Source of the DNA: Convolutriloba macropyga
Taxonomy: Eukaryota
DNA: 63,829 nt
Assembly: GCF_964194025.1 (NCBI RefSeq)
Contig: NC_134469.1
Location: 58,156,172-58,220,000 of the forward strand
Direction: 5' to 3'
The notes beneath the pieces are model-generated. The model worked only from the letters and a program-made list of their open reading frames with translations. It had not been told where the DNA came from and did not search any database. Shown one piece after another: positions 38,556 through 51,870 of the stretch; the first letter of the stretch is position 1; each line of letters begins with the position of its first letter. The translations under genes were made by a program, and so were the position numbers.

Positions 38556-41545
38556 GTACAAAATTGTCCAAAAAGTGCTGTGACGAGAAAATGCTTAAAC
38601 GCTAGAAAAATTTAAAGCTTTGCTACCAGATGTTGCTACCAAGTTTTGCTATGCTTCTTTTCCGTTAATCTATGATTCGATGAAGCAAATAGCCGTTGCA
38701 CAATTTTCTATTCGTTGCTAATGTTTAGTTTTACAAAAGCAATAAAAAAATTAAGTTTTCTGTTGAATTTTATCTTAATACATGGCTACGTTGAATTGTC
38801 TTGTGCCGTGTATTTTTCACTCAAAATTTTACTACCTTAAATTTAGCCGGATTTCTGTTAATGAGACTTGATAATACAGAGAATGGAGCTTTTATAGAAA
38901 ATATTGAAAACGTAATTTCTCAAAAAATTGACAATTGTCTGAAATGGGTACAGATAAAGCCTGTTAAATTAGCTTCTAAATTTTAATTGGTATAGAGATT
39001 GACGGGAGTTAGAACAAATTTATTTCATTATATAGCAGTACTCTTAGAAAATTGGCACTTCTTTCCAGGTTTAAATAGTCAAAAGCAAGTAAATTTTTGA
39101 CGCATTTGGACTAAAGACTAATTTCTTATAAACAGTCAATCAATGGCACTGACTTTTTGATCATTGTTTAACAAATATTTGAAGTTTAAAACGTCAAAAT
39201 GTTTCAAGTAACGCATTTTTTAATATAGTTTTTTGAAAAATGAAAATTAATTATTTTAATTTGAAATAGGGAAAACAAGCTTTTGAATTTGGACAAATTT
39301 TCTTAACCTGATTTTTTAGAACCTCAAGTTTAGCAATTTGCCGTAGCCTTTACTTCGTTAGTCTCGAAGCAGCAATAGTGACATTCAACATATTAAGTAG
39401 AAAGTTTACGAAGAACAATTTGCTTTAAACAGTAGCTCAAATATGAACTACTGAGATCCAAATGAGTGGGTTAATACACTAAGTAAACGTTTTTTAATCA
39501 CTAAATTTGCTTCTAGAAATCGGAACACTGAAATTGTTGCTCCGACTGTTTGTAAAATTTCTAAAGAGCGTTTCAATGGTTCATCTGTCTTTGTTTTTTG
39601 AAGTGTTTTAACGTCTTCATTTATGAAATTATAAGATACTTATAGAAACCGAGAAAGTATAGTTCTTTCAAATGAAATTTTTGGAGAATATTTGGAGAAT
39701 ATTACATGCAAATTACACACTGGTTTCTAGGATTCATAAGTTGTAAATATAGCGGGCTGTAGTTTCTGCCAAGTCTTGGGTATTACTCCTATTTTTCCTG
39801 GATCAAAAAGAAAAAAAACATTTGAGTGAAGCGAAGATTATTTCTTTTGGATCAAAATGGATACTCACATATCATAATTTCACTGCATTGAGTTAGGACC
39901 AAAACTTTTCGTTGCAGCTGTGGGCAATTTGTTCAAAGTAATCATTGAAACGATGAACAAAATAATGAAGTGAAAATGTGAAACAGAAAAATAGGGCTCT
40001 AGGCCTGCCAAGTTTTCAAACCTAACTTTGTGGAATTGTACTATAGTAACAGTAATGTGTAATATGTATGTAAAACAGCTCGGAAACAAACGTACAATAA
40101 AGATACCAAAAACCTCGTCCAACCGAGTCCCTTATTGCTGATCTGTACGGAATGTTTGTTTTGTGACCTTTTAGTTTTACGACATTGTATACTATGTGAA
40201 CGAGACGCTTCGAACAGCACCATTCGTGCTCTTTAAGCGTTATCTTTGCTCAGAATGATTGACATGCACTAATGCGTGAAATTGAGAAGATTCACACGAT
40301 AATTCGTTTTTGGTGTCTCCATTTACGCAGAAAACATTGTTAAGCTGCATTGTTCTTTTGCTGTTTGCCACGCTGTTGCTATTCGAGATATACAATTTTC
40401 ATGAGTGAAGAACACAAGCCACTCAGCTGAAAACAAATCTAATATACAGCGTGCGTGCAAAATTACAGAAAAAATAATGGGCACAAAGCATCTCCATCGA
40501 AGGAATTGTGAGTTTTCCTTGAAGAAATAGAGCAAGATTTTCGGACCAGGAACAAAAACGATTTAAAGCTCGGAAAAACGATCATTCAAGTATTTTGGTA
40601 CAATTAGATCAGAAAGACAAAAACTGTTTGACATATCTTCAAACAAGCTAAAATTTCTAGTTTGCCAGGATATTACGATATACAATTGTATTTCCATGAA
40701 CTTAAATTTAACCAAGAAAATGCACTTGTGTATAAGTCAATGATTATCTATAATTTTTTAAAGAATAAGAGTGGGAGGTAGAGGAATAGTCGGCCAATAT
40801 TGCCGATCTGAATCCAATTGAACATTTACGGACCTTTGAAGCAATGAAAACATTGAGAGAACTTAGAATAAAAACTTGGCGCGGAAGTCCTTAGAATTTT
40901 GTATGGAAACAATACAAACCGTCTTATAATTGTTTAAAAAGCTAAAGGCATATTGACTCGTTTCTAGAGAATTGATTTGAACTCAGAAATCTGTATTACC
41001 TGATGGTTCCGGAGACGTCGCTCATTGTTACCACAGTATATTAATTCGGGTTTTCAATTTGCTGTAGCCAAAATGTCAGAAATTTGATAGGTAACTTGAA
41101 ACATTGAGAAGTTTTTAAAATGGGAGGTCTCTGAAGTTCTAGATTCTACAATATATGTGCATTAATAGATCACTATCAGATTCTCTCATTGACTTACTCT
41201 GAGTCAAGTAACTCAAATTTTCGTGACTTTGAGACAAAAAGAGCCTAGCTTCAAGATTAAGATTCAATAGGTACAGTTCATGTCCCCAATACAATCCGAA
41301 CTCTTCGGATCAAAAATCGGACCTTCTAATTTTGTGTAACTTCATTTTTTGTGCTATTCTGGTGTGCTACTTTCTCAATCATCAAATGAACAATTTCGAC
41401 ATTGAATCAAGCTTTGTGGCGCAGATAATCCTATGCAATTTTGGTTACACTAATTTGCTTTTTGGGTTTGTCACAGAAATTTCTATGAGGTTTGGTATTT
41501 AGGTTAATGGCGCTTTTGGGACTTCGACAGAAAAGAAGTATAACA

Positions 41546-43150
41546 TCAAGATTCAATTTCATTATGTACATCTAAATTACATTTATCACTGCTAGTTATA
41601 ACAATTTTACTCTCATCCGCGTAATATACTTTCTTCAACAAGCCAGCAAATATTAAGTATACTAGGCCAATTAAAAAAGACACGGACGACAGAGCAGCAA
41701 GCAACAAGCAAGATGGGTAAAAATTGAAAGTCTCGAAAAATATTCCACCAACAACAACTTGGCCTAGAATACTTCCGATTGCATAGCATGAATTCATCCA
41801 CGTGACCACGTAAATTCGTAGCTTAGTTTGGCTGTCAATTTTGGCTAATTCTGCTATCTTTTCGAACAAAAAGTATCCAGGAATGAAACCTCCGTTGGCG
41901 GTTATTCCCAATAAAGCTAAACCAAAGTACAATGAGAATTTGTCCGATGAGCCCATCGCAATTAATTGTGGTAATCCCAGAATAAAATACGCAATTGCTG
42001 TGAGAAAAGTGCTAACGACAAAAGCACAGGAGGCAAATCCTCGATCGACTAAGATCCCGAAGAGTGCACAAGTAACTGCTGACAGTCCTGCATGAATTAG
42101 GAACACATTTCCAGATGAGTTTCCGTCGACATTATAAGTATCGAGCAAATGTGGAGCTAAAGCTACTTGTAAAAATCCGACTTCACACATAATTGTCAGA
42201 ACAGGGAAAGTTATTAAAATGACACCTGGGTTGCTGATAAACTTTAGTGAAGTTTTCGAGAATTGGCTTTCTCTTGGAGGAATGTTGAGCGACCTCATGC
42301 TCCCATGCGCTATCGACGTCGAAGACTTCAGTTTGTTTGAGCAATCCGTCTTTGCGTCTTTCTGTTTTTCCCCATCGTCATTGCCCACTGTTGACAAACA
42401 GATGACACAAAACACCCCAGCCGCTATTTCCAACAGTCCGGCTACCCAAAACGGTAATCTGTATCCGCCAAGCGAAAATAGAAAACTTCCAAATGGGGGG
42501 CCGATCATTTGGCCGAACCCAACTGAGAACTCAAGTAAGCCGAAAATTTTGCCTGCTTTGTCTGGGAAGAGAGGTATTAATATTGGCGCCCCTGCAGACC
42601 AAATGCACGCACATCCAATTCCCATTAAGAATCGTGTCACAACGCATGATATTATGAACAAATTTGTATTTTTAATTAGAACTAACTCTCCGAAAATAAT
42701 ACACGTTGCAGCTGAAGTGAAAAGACCGATATAAAACAAAGGCTTCTTATTTTTCTCAGAAGCAAGAAATAAAAGTAAAAGGGACATGAACCATAACGCG
42801 AACATTGTCACTGCAGAGATAATGCCAATCATAGTTTGGGTGACACCTTTTTTCTGAGCCTCGTTCGGGAAAAATGGCCCAGTAGCTGAGACATTCACAC
42901 CCTCGGCCAAGTAAAGAATGACACATGAAATTAAGCATAAAAGACGTCGAATTTTGTTTGATTTCTGTTCTGTTACAACTTGGTTGTTTGATGCATTTGT
43001 AACTTGTTCATCGAGTTTTTCATTTCTCGGAACTGTTAATAATTTCTGACTCGACTCCGGTTTTTGCTGCAGATATTGTTCACGGTCCTTATTCTCAACC
43101 AGATCACATTCTTCGAGGTAGTTCGAATTGCGAGGTTTGGTTATTGCCAT
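41546..43150 (-). CDS. MFS transporter, SLC18B1/VMAT-related, 534 aa, intronless CDS
   Basis: About 12 hydrophobic segments; GPFFPNEAQKKGV, TRFLMGIG, GQMIGPPFGSFLFSLGGYRLPF (SLC18B1-like motif C) and GILVDRG. Likely ATG at 43150, since the ORF track starts upstream at a TTG. Confidence 0.88.
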   Translation of the reverse strand: MAITKPRNSNYLEECDLVENKDREQYLQQKPESSQKLLTVPRNEKLDEQVTNASNNQVVTEQKSNKIRRLLCLISCVILYLAEGVNVSATGPFFPNEAQKKGVTQTMIGIISAVTMFALWFMSLLLLFLASEKNKKPLFYIGLFTSAATCIIFGELVLIKNTNLFIISCVVTRFLMGIGCACIWSAGAPILIPLFPDKAGKIFGLLEFSVGFGQMIGPPFGSFLFSLGGYRLPFWVAGLLEIAAGVFCVICLSTVGNDDGEKQKDAKTDCSNKLKSSTSIAHGSMRSLNIPPRESQFSKTSLKFISNPGVILITFPVLTIMCEVGFLQVALAPHLLDTYNVDGNSSGNVFLIHAGLSAVTCALFGILVDRGFASCAFVVSTFLTAIAYFILGLPQLIAMGSSDKFSLYFGLALLGITANGGFIPGYFLFEKIAELAKIDSQTKLRIYVVTWMNSCYAIGSILGQVVVGGIFFETFNFYPSCLLLAALSSVSFLIGLVYLIFAGLLKKVYYADESKIVITSSDKCNLDVHNEIES

Positions 43151-43608
43151 TTGGAAAAGATGTACTACGATCCGCAGAATAACAGTCTGTAGTAAACTAA
43201 CAAAACAAATCGTAAGAATAAAGCCCAAAGAGTGGGATTGACTCCTACTCTCAATACTGTAATTGTAATAAAACCCTCAATAAGCTTATTTAGAGGAGAA
43301 ATTAAACTTTGAAGTGAATCTAACTATTTGCTTTGACGATACTTGAGACAAGGAGTTGAAATGTGTAATTTAATCACCAATCTGTTTCATTTCAAGTCTC
43401 TGCTAAGCTGGAGTGTTATAGGAATAAACAATGACCTTGAGGAAAATTGAGATTATTTTTGCTGCTTTGGTTGGCAGTTATTGCGGGCTTCTGAATAACC
43501 ATTCAAATCACAACAATGCCATAACTTAAAAAAATGCATAAAGAACTGCAGGATCTTTTCCATTAGCACCCCCTCCCACTCCACCCACGCTCAAGTGGGT
43601 GCATATTA

Positions 43609-44155
43609 TACTCCACGGCAAAAGTAAGTTAGCACCCCTATTTTTACGAGGTAAAAATTCAATTTTTGTAATCTTACTCCAACTTAAAATCAAATCTCGA
43701 AAACAATTTTTACACCATTGATCCCCTTACACTACTCATCTACCTATGAAAAATAGATAAAAACGCAACGTTCACTTACCAAAAAACCGCATGGAAAGTT
43801 GATGAACTCCATTTAACAGTGAAAAAAAGTCGCAGGATTTCATGTGTTTTCAGGTTTGTTTAACTGGGGCGAAGTTTGCACTTGTGTTAAACATTGGAGA
43901 AAAGTCGTGAATAAATTGTGATCTTGTAACAACTTTTTTCACTGTTAAATGGAGTTCGTGAAATTTACTTTTGGTTTTCTGCTAAGTGAACATTGCGTTT
44001 TATCCAAATTTCATAGGTAGACGGGAATAATAGTATAGACGATCAGTGATACAAATTTGGTTTCGAAACTTGATTGAGTCTGAGTAAGATTGCCTCAACA
44101 ATTGAACTTTTACTTCGCGAAAATGGGGGGTGCTAACTTTTTTTGCTGTTCAGCA
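43609..44155. mobile_element. Tc1/mariner-type MITE, largely palindromic, TA-flanked
   Basis: GCAAAAAGTAAGTTAGCACCCC pairs with GGGGTGCTAACTTTTTTTGC; internal GAACTCCATTTAACAGTGAAAAAAAGT pairs with ACTTTTTTCACTGTTAAATGGAGTTC. Confidence 0.85.
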
Positions 44156-44157
44156 TA

Positions 44158-44710
44158 CACTCAGTGACAAAAGTGAACGCACATAAAGCAGTTGTACATG
44201 GTTGCTTCTCTTTGAAGTCAATTTAACTTTGGCCGTTCCTTTGGATTAGATTTTTATGTCAACCGACACATAATCATCAGAAGATTATTAGATTTCATAA
44301 GGCTAAACTGATGAGCTTATTTACGAAAGAAATCCAGATTGAATTGGTCGAGTTTTTCATAAGGGGCTGTATTCTAAATCCCACCGGGAAATCTGTTCAA
44401 CTTGCTCAGTTCTCCCTAATTTTAGGCAAGTTTTTGCATTGTGAATTCAGCAAATTTTTTAGCAAGTTGAAAAGATTTCACGTGGGACTAAAAATACGGC
44501 TGCATCTGAGAAACTGGGCGACTTCTATCTAAATTTTTTCTGTTAGTAAGCTTGTAACTTTATCCAAAAGTATATCGAATAAACTTCTGATGTTTATGCG
44601 TCGAATGACATAAAAAGAACGGCCAAAGTTATTTAGACTAAAATTGAGTTCAAAGAAGGCAATTTACCATGTGAAACTGCATTTTGTGTGTTAAATTTTG
44701 TCAGTGAGTG
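44158..44710. mobile_element. Second Tc1/mariner-type MITE, TA-flanked
   Basis: TA|CACTCAGTGACAAAA ... TTTTGTCAGTGAGTG|TA; inner AACTTTGGCCGTTC / GAACGGCCAAAGTT. Confidence 0.87.
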
Positions 44711-46217
44711 TATTTGCTCCCCCAAGCACATGTGCAATATACTTACATAATGATTTACATCGTAATTGCACGTGCTCTGTAGTTGAGTGGTGCATAAGGC
44801 ACTGGGGTTATTACGAATGGAAAAATTTGAACTGTTCTTCGGAAAAGTTTGCCTGATAAAATGACGATCTTTGCACTTCTCTGATAATTTCTTTGAGATG
44901 GAAGCTGTCGATTTGTAACTTACATGTTTGTAGACTAATTTGCAGAACTTGCACGGCAGTAGAATTGAAAAAAGGTTGAATAAATTCAGATCAAGTGTGA
45001 AAATTTTTGAGTCTTCATATTTGCGTTTGATATTAAGTACTTACGCTGAACGGCAAAATAAAGAAAGCTTGTGTCTGATTGACGAAGCAGATCACCTGTT
45101 TAAGATGTAAAATTGAACAAACTTGTTATTTTTTTTTCGCAAAAACAATGACTGCTTCAGTCATCAGCTGATTAGCTATTATTAATGTAACAGTTATATA
45201 ATCAATAACAGTTTGACTAATAGGACTTCTACAGCTCTTTCTGATCGTGTCTGAATTATTTTACATTTTCATACGTTCTTTCTAGTCTAAATTAAACTGC
45301 CGTCTTTTATGGTAGTAATTATGAACTACTGTCTCCTGTTTTGTTTTGTTTGTTTTGGAGAACTGAGCATGCACGGTTTTTGCCTTTCTGTATCAGAGCT
45401 CCAATGGCTGCCGGTTGCCAACTTGGAATGAAAAAGGAAGGAAGACGGTTTAAAAATGAACAGGAAAGATCTTTAAAATTTATAATGGGACTAAAGAGTT
45501 TTCCGACAGTTGTCAGGCGTTTTTCTTATTTACAATATCTCATTAAACATGGTGCGGCTTCTTATGAATCTTGATATAACCTTAACACGGTAATTATTTC
45601 TACGGTAGGTCAACTTCTGGGATGTGCTGAAATCGCGGTAAAAATCATCGATTTTGCTTGAATAAATTGTTGATCTCTAATTTTGAAAAAAAAGTACAGC
45701 CAATTATCTCTGACATTTAAGAAAAAATAGCGATCTCAAACGGACAATTTGATCAGATTTTTTGACAGAAGGAACTGTGCCTGGGTCAAAGTATGAGGAA
45801 CACAAACGACAAATATATGTCGAAAGGCAGTTTCTGTGGTAAAACTAAAGTAAAATAAATGGTAAATGTATTAAAAAATGAATTACCGCAATTTCTAGAG
45901 TTGATCTCAGTATAATAACGTTTAATTTAGTTCATCGCGTATAAATTTACTGCTTAATTTCTGACGCATTCTAGCGTTTTCTGCTGCATTTTCGCATCAA
46001 TTTTTGTGTTTAATTTTTGCCGTAGCTCAGCTTAGTTTAGTGGTGAGCTTGCACAGTGTTGAACCACCAATTTCAAGTTGAACTTCGTGTTTAAATCACT
46101 TTTTATCTTTTCGCTTTTCTATCAACGTTTTCGTTTAGTTGTTCGCTTAGCTCACTTAGTTTAGCACTCTTACGCAAAAAAGAACTTCAATTTTAGCGCT
46201 GATCTTATATCACTACA

Positions 46218-46860
46218 ATGTTTTCACCCTACAACCCAGAAAATATTCAAAAATTTTGCGTTGAAAATTCTCAATTTTTAACGCTTGTTACCAATTATTA
46301 TGCAAATTTGGCTGTATCTACTCGACCTGGCCCACGATTAAAAAACTGCCTACGTGATATAAAAATAGGGAGCTTGTTAATGCGTCGCACATAATGTTCA
46401 GCCTTCGCCTATCTACATTCCTAGCTAAATTGCCATAGCAAATGAAGCAGGTATAAGAATTTTCAGAAAAATACCAGCTGGTGAGATAAACGGATATTGA
46501 TGGGTTCTCAAAAAAGGATAGACTAGCATGCAATTAAGGTTATTTTTTTAGTTCACTAGCATCGACAAAAATTGAACATAGCAGAACATTTGGTTCAACA
46601 ACGAAATCAAGCTTATACAAATTCTCAAGCGAGTTCATCTAGCAAAACTCACAAAGCTCATAGTTCTTGAGAAACAGTGGTGTACAAGTTTAAATAAAAC
46701 ACGTAATCATATTTCCAAAATCTTGACTCTTGTTTTTGACGTCCATTGTAAAAAAGCAAGAGCCAAAGAACCACTATAATGGTTCACAAATGTTCTGATT
46801 ATTACGTGAATTAAATAAAGGACCCATTAAATTGCCCATGAGGTCTCCCTCTTTCTCAAA
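46218..46860 (+). mobile_element. Possible Penelope N-terminal relic
   Basis: Weak motifs RLKNCLRD and KRVHLAKLTKL; heavily decayed. Confidence 0.25.
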
Positions 46861-49199
46861 TGGAGCCTTAGTTTTTCGAGAGTGTAAAAAACCAACAGAA
46901 AAGGTAATATTTCATCACGGTCAAAAATGGTAAAACCTTACTAAAGTAAAAAAAACTAGATTTAAACTCAAACTACGAAACAAATTCAAATTATTTTTTT
47001 TTGCTAGACAGCAGATGAGAGGTGCCATTAGTGAGCATAAATTACAGGTAGTCAAAACGTTAATTTCTTTACTCATATTCAGAAGGAGCGCGCACAAGTC
47101 ATACCACTGAGTGAGGTATTTCAGGCAAGCTCAAAAAATTCATTGCAAATTTAATCTACATTTAGAATACAGAAACGATCAACTTTTAGCACTCAAATGC
47201 AGCTGCTTAGTGGTAGAATGCGCCCAAAAATGGTTCTTCGGTCTCTTGCTGCCTGTATCAAACGTTGGGGAACATGACGTATAAAGAAAAGAAATAAATT
47301 GCTTGACAGGTCCCGCTTTACAATCCAAATAAATGAAAAAAAATTATAGCACTTTTTTAGTAACAATGGATTTGACCTCACACACGTAGAAAACGAGAAG
47401 CAGGATGAACTGAAAACTCTGATCTCTCGAAATCAAGTATTGCTAAGATTGAAAACAATAACATCATTTTCAGAGTTCAAAAGTGTTTTAGGATGCAAAA
47501 GTATTTTGCAAAAGTGGTTTGCGATACCTTCTTTGTGAAAAGCTCAAGAAACAAAGCCACAAAATGGAATATCAAAATTTTTCGAAAATTATTGACGTCT
47601 AACTTAATAGACCACGCAACCAAAAATCAAAATCGCTGAACATTTCGCATCATCAATTTAAGCATACTTCGCGAGAAACTTGGAAGAAAAAACAGCAATA
47701 ACGGAAGTTATATTGCCTCAAGTAAAAAAAAATTCTCCAAAAAAATCTAAAAATTTGGAAAATTTCTCGCTTCACTTCAAAAAGAGTTTGAACAATCTAC
47801 TCTTCAAAACTACTCTGTTTCACTCTATTTACTTGTACTCCTATCCCGTGCAGGGAACTCGTTTTGAGAACTCTTACCAGTGTCAGCTGAAACTTTTTGA
47901 TTTGGTGCTGGTTTTCGGTTTAAAAAAATGTGGGTAAATTCGCAGAAATACCGGCCAAAATTTAGAATAAAAAGATTTAGCGACTTCGATTGATACAAAA
48001 TGGAAGCACTATTGTGATTGAAGCTCACTCCATATATCGATCGGCAAAAATCAATTGAACAAAAAAAACCAAATGAGCAAAGAGTTCCTCTCTCCACTAA
48101 GTAGGGTCGGAACAATAACGCTTTATATAATCAACTCACCTGAAAACTTACCGGAGTACAGGAGTTGTAATTTGTTGGTAGTAAAAGCTAAACTTGCTTT
48201 GAATAACACAAAGTGCTCACAATATTTAGGTCAGTTTAGTCAAGCTTTTCATCAGAGTTCTGTGTATTATTTCTGCTTTTAATTTCTGATTTCTGACTTT
48301 ACCGCAGCGTAAAAGTGGGACTATATATCTACAACTCTAATATTTCAGTTATATATAGAGATTGTCTTGTATTCCCGTATTTTGCTTACTAATTTTAGTG
48401 TCTAGTGGTAAAATCGAAAGAGAGTAAACCGAAAGCAAAAAACGGGGACAATTTACCGAAAGCATATTTACATTTAAGTGCGGGCATTTGAAATAAAGAA
48501 CGGGGGCTTGTTTTGTATGTATGTTCGCTCGGGATAAATTGTTATCTTTTGACAATAGATTCAAGTCAAATACCACGAGCCGCAAAAGCATCACCAAATT
48601 AACTAATTTCATTTCTGAAACTTAATGAGGATGTTCAATTAAATATCAATTATCAATTATCATACTCAGCTATATGATATAGGATCAAGTTGTTTACCTA
48701 ATGTCTCAAACTTATGAAATTTTACCATTTTCGATCAACCGTCCTTTCGATTTTTTGTCTGGTAAACAGCGGCAGTGTGTATAAGCGTTGTGTATAAAGT
48801 AATCCCACGGAATTCAATCGTGCTTTAGCAATGGAAGAAATAAAGGAAAAATGCGCACTTATAAAGAACACGCGCATATAGAAATTCAGCAAAGCAAGCG
48901 CTCGTATATTGAATTGAACCGAATTCCTTATCCCTATCCCGTCATTGTGTCTTGTTCTATAACAAGCGTTGCTGTGCGCTGAAATATCAAACGCGGCACG
49001 GGAAATAAACGGCAAAAATACATTTATCTTCAAAAAACAGTGGTTCTTCACAAGGTAGCTTTTAAGGTTAAAAATTGCATATTCGTTCAGCGCATTTTAC
49101 AGTGCAACACTGATGTGTTATGCTTGAATTACCGTAGCATAATATGCTATTGATTTTTTTATAAATGAGATGAACATGGCCTGCCCAAGGGAATAGAGC

Positions 49200-49400
49200 A
49201 TTGAGGGAAAGATTTCTCATTGGATCCTTGCATCTTTTCCGCTTCAGCAGTGACTAAAACAAATGGTGGCATCTCTACAAACAGACGAACCAAAATACTG
49301 GCTAATTGAGATGGGAGGTTGTTGATAGGAATTGGAGATGGATCCGGCTTAAATGCATCCTGGGAAATTAGTTACTGTGAGGTTGCAGTAAATTAGCTAC
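49200..49400 (+). pseudogene. Possible MFS (MFSD1-like) relic
   Basis: YWLIEMG-RLLIGIGDG across a 1-nt frameshift resembles the MFS TM4 signature. Confidence 0.25.
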
Positions 49401-51099
49401 CATAACCTCATACTAGTGATGTCCCTCGCACAATTATGACAAAGTTTTTCACTCGTTTTCACGGCTGGTATAGTCCCCAGCCTTTTATTCCATCAGACGA
49501 AAATACAGTATGTGTATTCTCCAACATTCTCCGCCAATCACATACTGAGAAGCCTCTATTCTCTTTTAAGAGCATGCACACTTTACTCTTGTCAGTCTTT
49601 AGTTAAATACACTATGTGTATGCCATTGACTCCGGTGCAGTATACTACCACAGTTATAATTGATTTTTATATTCAGTGTTTCCAGAGTCGGTTAGTCACA
49701 TAGGTTTAGGTAAGTCTACTTCACGCGCAGAAATAAGTAGCCCTAGATCTATAACCCTTAAGGCTGTAAAAGGGTACAAGGAGCCCAACTGGGGTCTGCC
49801 CTACTGTAGCCGATCGAATTGCACCCCCCCCCCCCTTAAATTCATATTTTGTTGCTTATCGATGCGTGTTTTGATAACGGTAATATGTCATCAGAGCTAA
49901 ATGGAAAGGATTTTTGATCTCTTAAGTAAAAAATAGATTGATAAAACTTCTTGGACAAGATAAATGCCAATTGATAAAAAACACGCAATATTCAATTGCC
50001 AATCACATTGTATGCAAATTGTAATTTCTTGCATACGTTTAAATTTCAAAACCTCACTGCAATATTATACTGTAAATGTCTTTTGCGTTTCATCGACTAT
50101 GTGAGTGTATGAAGTCCAAACAAGATGCTACTATATGTATAAAAGGGGGCGATTTGACGTAGGTGATTATATCAGAAACAAGCGGTTTTCAAATTGTCAG
50201 GAGATCTGCTCTGATTTTCCTTGACTGATTAATTCATTTCTAACTCAATTGTGAAATTTGTAACAAATTTGCTCACAATTTGATCTCTTACTATGAGAAC
50301 GAAAAAGATTGAAAAATGCGGGTTTATATACTTGCTAAAAACAACTACCTGTGTCCAATTAATGGAATCTGATTGGACGAGAATGTTAAGATTCTAATTC
50401 CTGTGTCAATTATCTTACATTCAAACAGCATATTTTTCCATTGTAATTATATTGTGCATTCAGAGGAAGTCATTCAGAGTACAATGCAATGAAATAAGAA
50501 TTAAAGCACAATAATTCTTCCCCCTCCGATTGCTCATTCTAAACCGCTGTTTCAACGAAAATTTAGCACAAATTAAACAAAAAATTCAATGAACTTTGTA
50601 ACAGAATTGAGTCAAATTCAATAGCAGTTTACGTCCTTAACAATTAAAAACAATAACAAGAAACATGAAGTTTAAATTTATTGAAATCAGAAGTCACAAA
50701 AAAATTTATGAAACGTATGAGAACTATTTTTTCTTTTTTTCCCAATGATTAATACTAGGATTCCAATTATATAACAGCCTACCCAACTTAATGACTCCCG
50801 CATCCAAACAAAAATCTGACGAGAATCTTTTAAAAAATTTTTGTGATAATTAGTGAGAAAAATCCAACATTTCCAATGAAGAAGACTTATGACAATCAAT
50901 ATGATATCAAATAAAGAGAGTCGTTTACGCCACTAAAATATGACCAGACAAAAGAAACTTCGGACAAAAAGCAAAAATTTGTTTGAGTCACATTGCAAAA
51001 ATCCCGAACAGCAAGTTGGTCCAGCAAGTTTTTGTGCTCCAGCAAGTTGGTCACTGATTGATAACAATTAGAAATTGTTTATACTACAAGAAAACAGAA

Positions 51100-51870
51100 G
51101 CTTATTGATATGCAACGAATCGAAGACTTGATTTTGTTGAGATCGAAAACAGTTCTTGCAGGTGGAACTTTTGATGAAATGAGCTTTTCATTCATTTATA
51201 GAAATGTTGAATTTTTTGGACAGCTGAAGAATGAAATTTCCTATTATTCTGCTTTCGTAGGTAGCAAGATCAAAGATGTTCTGCCGTATTTTTCAACTGG
51301 TGTTGTAGTAGCGTCGAAGAAATCATTACAGGAACAACCCATTGGTTGCTGATTTTGTTTTCTTAATTCATATATAGAAAGGAATATATGGAAATTTTAA
51401 GATGCGAGCTTGTAACAGTCCTACGAAAATCTTAAAAACTGAAACAAAATTGTTTTCTTTCCCACATCTGTGAAAATTTCTGACAGTTTCTGACAGACGC
51501 TGTTCTTCTTACCAGTATAATGCAGAGCTTGAGCTAACATCAACATATTGGACTATCCCAATCTGTTTCGATTTCTTTCTTACATCTGTTATGCAAGGAT
51601 TTCTGGAAGTTGTCGAATCGACTTATGAAACGCTTTTGATGGGCCAGTGACGCTTCGTACCACCAAAAAATCCGAAAGCTGGAATTTTGTGTGCGGAATA
51701 CACCCAAATCCAAATATTTGCGATGTTTATAAAAACTTGGCAATCAAGAGGAAAGCAATTCTGGACAAACGCGTCCATAGCGTCATTGCAGAGGTCCTGC
51801 ACCCAACCAGCTACAGTTGCAAATGAAATGGAAAATAACGGAATTCTTGCTTAAATGGATAGATTGTAAT
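51100..51870 (+). mobile_element. Possible Penelope RT relic
   Basis: LHP..LQ..MENNGILA*MD resembles Penelope HPxLxFTxExExNGxLPFLD; frameshifted. Confidence 0.35.

Noticed and set aside
37970-38561. Repetitive minus-strand ORFs
   Set aside because: Translation of the satellite; unit lengths do not preserve frame.
41841-42734. Plus-strand ORFs of 84 and 171 aa
   Set aside because: Antisense shadows of the MFS CDS.
49375-49415. let-7-like TGAGGT hairpin
   Set aside because: Stem is too short and the sequence does not match let-7 beyond the first bases.
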